Origin: a virus | Strand: one strand, 5' to 3' | Length of the DNA stretch: 64,000 bases | Virus record (IMG/VR): IMGVR_UViG_3300027971_000043 | Span: 17,731-81,730 of that record | Shown: piece after piece, positions 55,818 to 63,017 of the stretch | Position numbering within the stretch: the first letter of the stretch is position 1 | How the letters are laid out: each line of letters opens with the position of its first letter | The notes under the pieces: model-generated | Databases searched by the model: none | What the model saw: the letters and a program-made list of their open reading frames with translations, nothing else | Told to the model about the DNA's origin: nothing | Translations under genes and position numbers: made by a program

Positions 55818-55853
55818 GGGACGGGGGGAGGGAAACCTCCCCCCTCCCTTTTT
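55818..55853 (+). terminator. rho-independent terminator
   Basis: GGGGGGAGG-GAAA-CCTCCCCCC stem then TTTTT. Confidence 0.85.
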
Positions 55854-55931
55854 ATATCAAAGAATCCTAGAATCTTAGAATCTATGATACCAAGCTTAAC
55901 TGATAAGTCGCACAATACATCTTGTATCAAA

Positions 55932-56387
55932 TTACACGTCGATGGTCGGCTTCACTGCATCGTCGGTTCGAAGAATCGCCAAGTTAACCACAGTTTTCCC
56001 ATTTTGTCCACCGTTTTGTGTTGCGAGTCCCAAAGCTGGTCGAGCTATTCTGTCCACCTTCTCGAGAACTTCGATATGATCTTTCAATTCCTTCCTGCTT
56101 CCAGGCATCTCGGCTTCGAGGACGTCCAAGCTGTGGTCGACTTGATTAGCAATCCTCGACAGATATCTGGCCTGTTTATCGGTAGCAGTCTGCACAATCT
56201 CCCGATCCACCTTCTGCTTCAGTTGCACAATGTTTGCATCCTTCCGTGCAACCCACTTGCATCGCCTAGCTTTACTAGCCAAAGTGTTAAGGCTCAGACA
56301 ATACTGCGAAGCAATGAAGCTACGACTCTTGCCTCCAACGAAGTCACGTTCAACCGCTTTCCAATCTATAGCCAAGGCTTTAGGCAT
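55932..56387 (-). CDS. terminase small subunit-like HTH protein
   Basis: IDWKAVERDF..IASQYCLSLNTLASKARRCKW HTH, helical middle, C-terminal VVNL; TTGACC-N17-TAAGCT 6 nt upstream. Confidence 0.65.
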   Translation of the reverse strand: MPKALAIDWKAVERDFVGGKSRSFIASQYCLSLNTLASKARRCKWVARKDANIVQLKQKVDREIVQTATDKQARYLSRIANQVDHSLDVLEAEMPGSRKELKDHIEVLEKVDRIARPALGLATQNGGQNGKTVVNLAILRTDDAVKPTIDV

Positions 56388-56512
56388 AAGCCTAGCTTAT
56401 CGGGCATTGTGCATAAGGTCAATGCATCTTTGAATCATCGATTCCTTGATTCAATGCACGGGTTGCACAATGAACTTTCACCTTCATCCCCCCTGCCTTT
56501 CGGGTCGTTCCC

Positions 56513-56540
56513 GAAGGGGGAGGGGGAACCGCAGCGTATA
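56513..56540 (+). promoter_or_regulatory. candidate early promoter GAAGGGGG-N14-CGTATA in the 3' arm of an inverted repeat (56487-56526)
   Basis: Matches the 55223-55251 motif; 6 nt before ATG 56547. Confidence 0.4.
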
Positions 56541-56578
56541 AGGAGTATGACAACCAACCCTAACCAAAGGAGTAACAA

Positions 56579-57055
56579 ATGAGCGACACATACCTTCAAG
56601 ACTTTGGCTTGCTACGCAAGCAGGCCAATGCACGGCAGGTTAATGACCCTATGTCCAGTGCTGGTCGTTGGGATGACCTACAACTTGACCTACGCAAACC
56701 CCATATCCCGAAGCCTCGTCGGGACAATGTCCCCGCTAACCGCAGCTTGACTGTGGGCGGTGTAACGATTGGCCTCAAGGCTAACGTGAGTGGCGAGGTG
56801 ACTACGGCCTTGGGCTTTGTATCCCGCGGGGCTTACAAGCACAAGTTGGTTACCCCCAAGGCTCATACCTACCGCAGGGCTATGACCGAGGCTGGCAAGC
56901 CAGACCAGAGGCTTTGGGTTGAGCCGCGAGAGCCCAAGTATATGTCCATCCGAGATGGTATCAGATTCCATATCAGGAAGGTTCGGTTCGGTAGGTCTCC
57001 CGCCCGCAGTTTGGAAGCTGTGCGGTTGCTGTGGCCTTTGAGGAACTCCCGATGA
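56579..57055 (+). CDS. basic hypothetical protein (158 aa)
   Basis: AAGGAG RBS; ATGA coupling downstream. Confidence 0.7.
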   Translation: MSDTYLQDFGLLRKQANARQVNDPMSSAGRWDDLQLDLRKPHIPKPRRDNVPANRSLTVGGVTIGLKANVSGEVTTALGFVSRGAYKHKLVTPKAHTYRRAMTEAGKPDQRLWVEPREPKYMSIRDGIRFHIRKVRFGRSPARSLEAVRLLWPLRNSR

Positions 57056-57303
57056 AGTGTGTCATCTGTGACGACCTTATCGAGGCCGAGCGTATCAACC
57101 TAGGCTTCTCCAAGTGCAAGGGCTGTGCGTTCCTGCACCCTGAAGAGAAGGTCAAGGGTGCGATGGTTTACTTGGATAAGACTGGTGGGGCAATCAATGT
57201 GATGAGTCCCGAAAGCTTTGATAACTACAAACGAATTTCGCGCAGGGTCGGTCAGCGTTCTGCACTACGGAATGTGCTGGACAATGGCGGTCGCTCGCAA
57301 TAA
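57052..57303 (+). CDS. DksA/TraR-like C4 zinc-finger protein
   Basis: CVIC..IEAER....CKGC. Confidence 0.65.
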   Translation: MKCVICDDLIEAERINLGFSKCKGCAFLHPEEKVKGAMVYLDKTGGAINVMSPESFDNYKRISRRVGQRSALRNVLDNGGRSQ

Positions 57304-57323
57304 CCAAAAGGAAAACAAAACAA

Positions 57324-57542
57324 ATGAGTATCACGAATACGATAATGGCCGTGGACACGGCCAAAGACAGGGTCAGCGTCCTTAACTGGGAAGCTTCCGA
57401 GAACACGCCCATCGGCGAGTTCTTGCGGGAGTTGACCCGTGGCGGGACACGGCGGTTCACCTGTGGTGACCACTGGATTAACGTCCAGCACCTGCACGGC
57501 AACTCCACCTTTACCTTCGAGTTCGGGGAGGAAACCGTATGA
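57324..57542 (+). CDS. hypothetical protein (72 aa)
   Basis: AAGGA/A-rich leader. Confidence 0.65.
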   Translation: MSITNTIMAVDTAKDRVSVLNWEASENTPIGEFLRELTRGGTRRFTCGDHWINVQHLHGNSTFTFEFGEETV

Positions 57543-57742
57543 GTCACGAAATCAACGGACAAACCCGCTGGAGCCCCGAGCAGTTCGGAGCTTTCGCCGC
57601 GGGCACAGCGGAAGGTGCAGACCCTACCAAGACTGCCTGCCCTGTTTGCAAGGGCACGGGCTTGGATTGGAACAATGTATGGCCAACTGGCATGGCCTCG
57701 CATTGCGAGGAATGCGATGGCTACGGCGAGGTGAACAAATGA
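57539..57742 (+). CDS. CxxCxGxG zinc-finger protein (67 aa)
   Basis: CPVCKGTG..CEECDGYG. Confidence 0.7.
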   Translation: MSHEINGQTRWSPEQFGAFAAGTAEGADPTKTACPVCKGTGLDWNNVWPTGMASHCEECDGYGEVNK

Positions 57743-58089
57743 GCGACGCTTACATTCAACTCAACGGAGTCGAGTACTACGGCAAGCTGGTGAAAGGAGG
57801 AGTCCGAAACCACCACCCTATGTCGGAGTATGTCGGCAAGCGGGCGATTGATGTCTCCAAGCTACCCTCGGACGATAGCTGGACTCACTGGTATCTCTTC
57901 GAATCCGAGATGCCATTGCCCAACTTCTATGACTCTACATTCGTTCACTCGCTGGACTATGCGAGCTGGATAGATGTAGACAGGGATGACTGCGAAGCAC
58001 CTGGACAGATGTTCAGACGCAGAGCTTACATCTCAAAGATGGGTCAGTGGAAGATGGTCATCACTCAAAGTGGAGGACGTGACATATGA
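57739..58089 (+). CDS. hypothetical protein (116 aa)
   Basis: ATG 57739 after GAGGTG; ATGA overlaps. Confidence 0.65.
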   Translation: MSDAYIQLNGVEYYGKLVKGGVRNHHPMSEYVGKRAIDVSKLPSDDSWTHWYLFESEMPLPNFYDSTFVHSLDYASWIDVDRDDCEAPGQMFRRRAYISKMGQWKMVITQSGGRDI

Positions 58090-58370
58090 GAGGTAGACCT
58101 ATCGATCTCAAACACGTCGTGACCAATGCCAGCCAAGCTTACTATGGTCGCAGACTGAATAAGAAAGACTGGCAAAAGAACGTCAAGATGGCGAACCGCC
58201 AGAGCCGAGCCACTATCGCGCTCAAGCGGAAAGAAGGCTTGGAATATCAGTATGCGTTGACTGACATCCATCGGGCGATCGTCAAGAAAGCTATGATGAC
58301 CCCCGACCAAGCTTATCAACGAAACAAGGTAACCAAGAAGCTAGGGCTTGCTTGGGTTATGTGCGGATGA
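58086..58370 (+). CDS. basic hypothetical protein (94 aa)
   Basis: GGAGG RBS. Confidence 0.65.
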   Translation: MRGRPIDLKHVVTNASQAYYGRRLNKKDWQKNVKMANRQSRATIALKRKEGLEYQYALTDIHRAIVKKAMMTPDQAYQRNKVTKKLGLAWVMCG

Positions 58371-58513
58371 GTGCCGAGAGAATTAAGTTGTGGATTTGGT
58401 TGGCTTACCAAACCCCATCACCAAAGCTTCGGCACGGAAACAACTAGGCGGATAGACCAACTGACCTGCTGCTCGCGGGCAGGTCAGAAGTCTAGCCGAT
58501 AGGCTGGAAACAA
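58364..58513 (+). other. two tandem structured intergenic elements each ending GGAAACAA
   Basis: GTGCCGA/TCGGCAC stem; CTGACCTGC/GCAGGTCAG stem; CTAGCC-GATA-GGCTGG. Confidence 0.55.
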
Positions 58514-58545
58514 GAGTAACACTAACCAAGAAAGAATCAGTAAAT

Positions 58546-58779
58546 ATGAAACTGAATAACGAAGGTAAGATAGTCATTGAAGTGAAACACGGCGTGTCAT
58601 CGGACGGTAGTCTGAACGGCCGTTACTATATGGCCAGCATGGAAGGCTGGACTGGTGAGGGCTTGACCGAAGCGGACGCGGTGCGCGATGTGCATCAGTC
58701 CCGTGCGGAAGCTTTGACCAAGCTTCACCACAACAACCGCGTGTTTGGAACACGCCTAAACTTCGAGGTGGTCCCGTGA
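58546..58779 (+). CDS. hypothetical protein (77 aa)
   Basis: Operon packing. Confidence 0.6.
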   Translation: MKLNNEGKIVIEVKHGVSSDGSLNGRYYMASMEGWTGEGLTEADAVRDVHQSRAEALTKLHHNNRVFGTRLNFEVVP

Positions 58780-58916
58780 GTTGGGCGGAGTTCTTTGAGG
58801 TGATGACGATCATCATCCAACTCGTGTGTGCGTTTCTGGTAATCCCTGCCTGCATTGTGGCTGGCGTGATTCTGATCAACCGCCTTCTCAAGATGGCCGC
58901 GGAGGAATTGAATTGA
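58776..58916 (+). CDS. small membrane protein (46 aa)
   Basis: Hand-translated MSWAEFFEVMTIIIQLVCAFLVIPACIVAGVILINRLLK...; GTGA overlap, GAGGTG RBS. Confidence 0.6.
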   Translation: MSWAEFFEVMTIIIQLVCAFLVIPACIVAGVILINRLLKMAAEELN

Positions 58917-59266
58917 AAGCTGGGGACAAGCTATGGGTCGATGCCCAAATGATTGAGATCCTGAAGGGTCACAATCTTGGGCGGAAGTTCCGCTTGAACA
59001 CTGGTGTGGTCGAGGTGGCTGGCGACATCTACACCGATGACACGATGGTGCCGAAGGAACTGAATGTGAAGATCGGTGATGCCCGTTGGGTCAGCCTGCC
59101 TTTGGGTGAGCTGGAACGTCCGTGGCGTTATCCAACCTTCCGCCGTTTGCTTGCGGTTATCCGCTCGTGGACTGGTGACTGGTTGTTCCGTGCTCGCAAG
59201 AAAGAGCAGGGAATCGACATCGAAGAAACAATTAACAATGAGGAGAACGAAAATGATCAAAGTTAA
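58913..59266 (+). CDS. hypothetical protein
   Basis: TTG after GGAGG overlapping previous stop. Confidence 0.6.
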   Translation: MKAGDKLWVDAQMIEILKGHNLGRKFRLNTGVVEVAGDIYTDDTMVPKELNVKIGDARWVSLPLGELERPWRYPTFRRLLAVIRSWTGDWLFRARKKEQGIDIEETINNEENENDQS

Positions 59267-59438
59267 GCTTGGTTGGGGGTGGATGCGTTTCCACTTCTTC
59301 AAAAACAAAATGAACAGGTTGTTGGTGGCTAATGTGGAGTTTAGCAAACTTGGGTGTGAACTCTACGGCGGGTCGACATCGGTAATCATTTACTTGGAGC
59401 TTGTCATCGGCACGTTGATGATCAAGTTGAGCAAATGA
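59253..59438 (+). CDS. hypothetical protein (61 aa)
   Basis: GAGGAG RBS; MIKVKLGWG start. Confidence 0.55.
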   Translation: MIKVKLGWGWMRFHFFKNKMNRLLVANVEFSKLGCELYGGSTSVIIYLELVIGTLMIKLSK

Positions 59439-59602
59439 AGGCTGACAAATACTTAGATACTTGCACGGAAGCAGAGTGCGAGTTTGTATATGAGAGGTTT
59501 TACGGCCAATCGACGCATGAATTGGTTGAAGATCTCCTAAGTTACATTGACCACGAACCTATCAAACAATTAGTCGAAAACTATAGAAAGGAAACCAAAT
59601 GA
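59435..59602 (+). CDS. hypothetical protein (55 aa)
   Basis: Hand-translated MKADKYLDTC...; ATGA overlaps at both ends. Confidence 0.6.
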   Translation: MKADKYLDTCTEAECEFVYERFYGQSTHELVEDLLSYIDHEPIKQLVENYRKETK

Positions 59603-59985
59603 GTTACCCAATCGAAGTAGTAGCCGAGAAGGGAACGCTCCAGCGCAGGCTTGGGCTGACCCCCATCGACCGAACCTCAACAGCAGACTTCCCGAAAGGG
59701 AAGGTGACCATCAGAACAAACAGAGTTCCTACCTTGTCAGAGGGCGGAGCTTATGCGTTCTATTACTCTAACCCCAAAGGTTACAGAGCAGTGTGCCACG
59801 TCGGCCCTGTATTTGAATACACAAGCCAAGGAAGAGTTGCCAGTGATGAAATGTATTATCACTTCAATTCTGGGGTCTTGAAGAAATCTGAACTCGACGC
59901 GTTTGTCGGGACCATCAAGGCCATCGAAGCCAAAGTCGATGCCTTGATGAGAAAGGAATCCAATGGCTACCAAGAAGAAATCTAA
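59599..59985 (+). CDS. hypothetical protein (128 aa)
   Basis: AAAGGA RBS. Confidence 0.65.
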   Translation: MSYPIEVVAEKGTLQRRLGLTPIDRTSTADFPKGKVTIRTNRVPTLSEGGAYAFYYSNPKGYRAVCHVGPVFEYTSQGRVASDEMYYHFNSGVLKKSELDAFVGTIKAIEAKVDALMRKESNGYQEEI

Positions 59986-60349
59986 TAAGAGGAAGCTGAC
60001 CAAAGGCGAGTTCAAGCGTATTCTCAATACGCATCGTCAGGGGAAGCCGAGCAAAGCCCAGTTCGATAGGCTCAAGATACTTGAGTTCATCGACATCTAC
60101 GCTGATGAAGACCACAAGGAAAACATCATCCTACTCGATGGCTTGGACAAAGCTTTCCTTGGGCTTTCCTATCGAGATGGACAACACGGAACACAAGTGG
60201 CGGTGTATGGAATCTTTTCCTGCATCCACACACTTCAACTCGACAACAAGTGGAGTTGGGATGAAGCTGAAGAATACTTCCACTTCAATACCCGCTATGC
60301 TTATGTTGGCGAGTACACTCCGATGTTCATCGAGGAGATGGTGCGATGA
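59963..60349 (+). CDS. conserved phage hypothetical protein
   Basis: LLDGLDKAFLG..VAVY..DEAEEYFHFN..AYVGEYTPMF family. Confidence 0.75.
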   Translation: MATKKKSNKRKLTKGEFKRILNTHRQGKPSKAQFDRLKILEFIDIYADEDHKENIILLDGLDKAFLGLSYRDGQHGTQVAVYGIFSCIHTLQLDNKWSWDEAEEYFHFNTRYAYVGEYTPMFIEEMVR

Positions 60350-60594
60350 CTGCCAAGCTGACACCTCAAGAGATTAGGCAGGGCGACACCGTATGGTGGC
60401 GCGGAAGCTTTGGTAGCGATAGCTGGGCGAAGGCGAAGGTTCATCGGATTGAACTGATGCGTCCAGGCCAAAAGGAGAATGGTCTCCTCGTGCCTTGGAT
60501 TCCAACGACCATCATCGAGAACTGCGTTTTCGATCTGGACAATGGGCATTGGGCATATGGATATCAAATCAAACCAGTGGAGGAAGCTATATGA
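60346..60594 (+). CDS. hypothetical protein (82 aa)
   Basis: GDTVWWRGSFG..DLDNGHWAYGYQI; GAGGAG RBS. Confidence 0.7.
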   Translation: MTAKLTPQEIRQGDTVWWRGSFGSDSWAKAKVHRIELMRPGQKENGLLVPWIPTTIIENCVFDLDNGHWAYGYQIKPVEEAI

Positions 60595-60968
60595 TCATAC
60601 CAGACTTTGACAACAAGAGTGATCGCTTCGAGATCACTGAACAGGAGAGGTCGGAAAGTTGGACTCATTGGCTAGCAGTAGACAAAGAGAACAGGGTAAT
60701 CCAGCAAGCGATGGACAAGGCCGAAGGATTAATAGTCCTTCAGAGAACCCATACGCTTGATGGAAGACGTGTTCACAAAGTTGTGGACACTGGTTCCCTC
60801 GAGATTGACGGTGTTGATGGCAGAGACGCTCCAGACTTCTCCGACGCCTACTTCAGTGCTGGTCAGTTTAAAGACGGCACTGATATGACGGACGAAGAAC
60901 TCAACGAGCTAGCCGCCGAGCATCCCGATCTTTTATACGAGAAGATCTACCACTACGCGTCGGACTAA
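60591..60968 (+). CDS. conserved phage hypothetical protein
   Basis: EIDGVDGRDAPDFSDAY..MTDEELNEL family; ATG 60591. Confidence 0.7.
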   Translation: MIIPDFDNKSDRFEITEQERSESWTHWLAVDKENRVIQQAMDKAEGLIVLQRTHTLDGRRVHKVVDTGSLEIDGVDGRDAPDFSDAYFSAGQFKDGTDMTDEELNELAAEHPDLLYEKIYHYASD

Positions 60969-60978
60969 AGGAGGATAT

Positions 60979-61203
60979 ATGAAGAAACCATTACTTATTA
61001 CATTACTTATTACAGTCGAGCAAGGACTCGTACATGGGTACAGACTTCCCAGGGGAGTCGATGTTCTTGTTGTTGACTTAGATACTGCAAAGCACGAAGG
61101 GCAAGAAACAAAAGCTAGGCGTTGGCTCAGGAGAGTATCAGACGGTTCTTCCCCAGAAACAACATCCGAAGAGATTGGTTGGGGAGAGTGGGAAAGATTA
61201 TGA
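60979..61203 (+). CDS. hypothetical protein (74 aa)
   Basis: AAGGAGG RBS. Confidence 0.65.
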   Translation: MKKPLLITLLITVEQGLVHGYRLPRGVDVLVVDLDTAKHEGQETKARRWLRRVSDGSSPETTSEEIGWGEWERL

Positions 61204-61412
61204 GATTCTTCTACCACTTCAACAAACCTTTGACGCAACGACGCAAAGATATCTGGTGGACAATCCATTACCAGAACCAATGCGTCCCCATCAAAGGCTT
61301 TGACTGTCGTGTGGCTACACACGATCGAAAACGCAAGAAGCAACCACTCGCAGTTGTATGGGGCGATGCCAGTAGCATCGTCATTCAGAACAACCGCGCA
61401 ATCATTACATAA
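61200..61412 (+). CDS. conserved phage hypothetical protein (70 aa)
   Basis: MRFFYHFNKP..WTIHY..C..KQPLAVVWG. Confidence 0.65.
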   Translation: MRFFYHFNKPLTQRRKDIWWTIHYQNQCVPIKGFDCRVATHDRKRKKQPLAVVWGDASSIVIQNNRAIIT

Positions 61413-61422
61413 GGAGTAACCA

Positions 61423-61725
61423 ATGAAAAAGAAAAAAGCAAAGGTAACAGAGAAAGTTATGACGATCGATCGGACAGACGGAAACCTCAACGGAGTTCCA
61501 TTTATTCAGTTCCTTGTAGCGATGCAAGGTCTGGAAGCTTTGAATCGTGGAATGATGTTGACTCGAACAGCAACCTCGGGTCGTTGTATGGAGATCATAT
61601 CTCAGATCACTGGTCAGAAATACAAACGCACCGACAGGCTCAAAGCGTTGTATGATGCGGAAGTAATCATGCATGCGATTCGTGAAGAGAAGAGACAGCT
61701 TGCCGAGGACGCGGCACTCGCATGA
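61423..61725 (+). CDS. hypothetical protein (100 aa)
   Basis: AAGGAG RBS. Confidence 0.7.
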   Translation: MKKKKAKVTEKVMTIDRTDGNLNGVPFIQFLVAMQGLEALNRGMMLTRTATSGRCMEIISQITGQKYKRTDRLKALYDAEVIMHAIREEKRQLAEDAALA

Positions 61726-62048
61726 GAATCGAAGTCGAGAAGGATGATGTTAAGTTCGAATACGACGGCAAGAAGTATTCGGTAACTGGCACAGCCATCC
61801 ACAATACCGAGAAGGAAGACATCGGTATTGGTTCTTATGAGTTCTGGGGTTCGCGTGGTTATGACAGCCAGATTGTCAACCAAAGCGAGTTCTCGGAATG
61901 TGAGTTCGATAGCTTGGCAATCTATCCAGACGAGGGGATGGAAGAAGTTCCAGAACCTTCTAAAGAACTTGTCGAGGCTGCGCAGGAAGCTTTGTATCAA
62001 GCGACCTACGAAACCGCGGAAGAGCGGGCTGTCGAGTTAAGCGACTAA
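61722..62048 (+). CDS. acidic hypothetical protein (108 aa)
   Basis: DIGIGSYEFWGSRGYD motif. Confidence 0.7.
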   Translation: MRIEVEKDDVKFEYDGKKYSVTGTAIHNTEKEDIGIGSYEFWGSRGYDSQIVNQSEFSECEFDSLAIYPDEGMEEVPEPSKELVEAAQEALYQATYETAEERAVELSD

Positions 62049-62062
62049 GAAAGGAGGTTTGT

Positions 62063-62239
62063 ATGGCAAAGTTCAAAGTTGAAATCAATACGGACAACGC
62101 GGCTTTCGGGGACAACCCCGAGATTGAGTTGTCTCGTATCCTTGAGTTGCTTGCTGAAGAAGTTGCAGATGGTGCTTGCGAAACTTATTCGATTCGTGAT
62201 GTAAATGGCAACACAGTAGGCAAAGCTATTTGGTCTTGA
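62063..62239 (+). CDS. conserved small phage protein (58 aa)
   Basis: Hand-translated INTDNAAF..ELSRIL..IRDVNGNTVG; AAGGAGG RBS. Confidence 0.75.
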   Translation: MAKFKVEINTDNAAFGDNPEIELSRILELLAEEVADGACETYSIRDVNGNTVGKAIWS

Positions 62240-62298
62240 CGGTCAGACCCCGCGCGCCTGATGAGGGCGTGTCGGTCTGCCCGTGTGGGCGGAAACAA
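62238..62298 (+). other. structured intergenic element homologous to 58447-58513
   Basis: CAGACC/GGTCTG stem, CTGCCC-GTGT-GGGCGG, GGAAACAA. Confidence 0.55.
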
Positions 62299-62325
62299 AC
62301 GAAAACCAAAATGAAAGGACACAAT

Positions 62326-62643
62326 ATGGAACTAACAATACCATCAGAAGTGGTAGATGAGTTCGGTCGGGCGACCGAGTGGCTCAAACTATCCAATGAG
62401 AAACGCAGAGAGTATCGGAGTCTATTCCTAGAATCCGCGAAGCAAGGAATCAAGAGCTGGGTAGGCCAGCACTTCACGGTTCAGATGGATGAGCACGATA
62501 AGGCAAGACTTGCCAAACCTTTGCTCAAATCCAACCTGCTCAAGTATCTGACGCCAGAGCAAGTTAACCACATCATCGATGCTTCAACAGTATCGAGCGA
62601 AGAGTGGCACTTCACCGCTCGGAGGATTCCGACAGGTGAGTGA
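62326..62643 (+). CDS. hypothetical protein
   Basis: AAAGGA before the ATG of MELTIPS. Confidence 0.65.
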   Translation: MELTIPSEVVDEFGRATEWLKLSNEKRREYRSLFLESAKQGIKSWVGQHFTVQMDEHDKARLAKPLLKSNLLKYLTPEQVNHIIDASTVSSEEWHFTARRIPTGE

Positions 62644-62854
62644 GGCTGTAAAGATTGCAGACGAGATAACAAAGTGGGATGGTTACGCTTTGTTTGACAA
62701 AGACAATGTATTACTCAACGACCAGTTATTCACACACTACGAACGGGCGCAGAAAATTGCTTCCTGTTACGAGAATGGTGAAGCCATCATCTGGAAAGTT
62801 GAACTGAACAGAAAGGAAAAAGTCAATGAATCTAGAGAAACCAATAACAATTAA
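62636..62854 (+). CDS. hypothetical protein
   Basis: GTG after GGAGG. Confidence 0.55.
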   Translation: MSEAVKIADEITKWDGYALFDKDNVLLNDQLFTHYERAQKIASCYENGEAIIWKVELNRKEKVNESRETNNN

Positions 62855-63017
62855 ACTAGAAGCGTCGTGGATTTTTTCAGAACTGCCAGATGACTTTGAA
62901 GGAACACGCGAAGACGCGATCGACTACTTCAAAAGTGATCTTGTAGATAATTTTGGAGAGTTCTTTGACACTCGTTATGTATCTCAACATTTAACTGTAG
63001 AAGGAGAAAATAAATGA
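62826..63017 (+). CDS. acidic hypothetical protein (63 aa)
   Basis: AAAGGA RBS. Confidence 0.6.
   Translation: MNLEKPITIKLEASWIFSELPDDFEGTREDAIDYFKSDLVDNFGEFFDTRYVSQHLTVEGENK

Noticed and set aside
55884-56582. 232-aa plus-strand ORF
   Set aside because: Antisense shadow of the terS-like gene and runs through promoter hairpins
58364-58443. Hammerhead-like CGGATGA-stem-GGAAAC
   Set aside because: The core deviates (CGGA, extra G) and flanking stems are missing; kept only as a generic structured element
62258-62305. Hammerhead ribozyme (CTGATGAG ... GAAAC)
   Set aside because: CTGATGAG forms a hairpin loop, no stem II closes directly onto GAAA, and no stem I/III with a UH site is present
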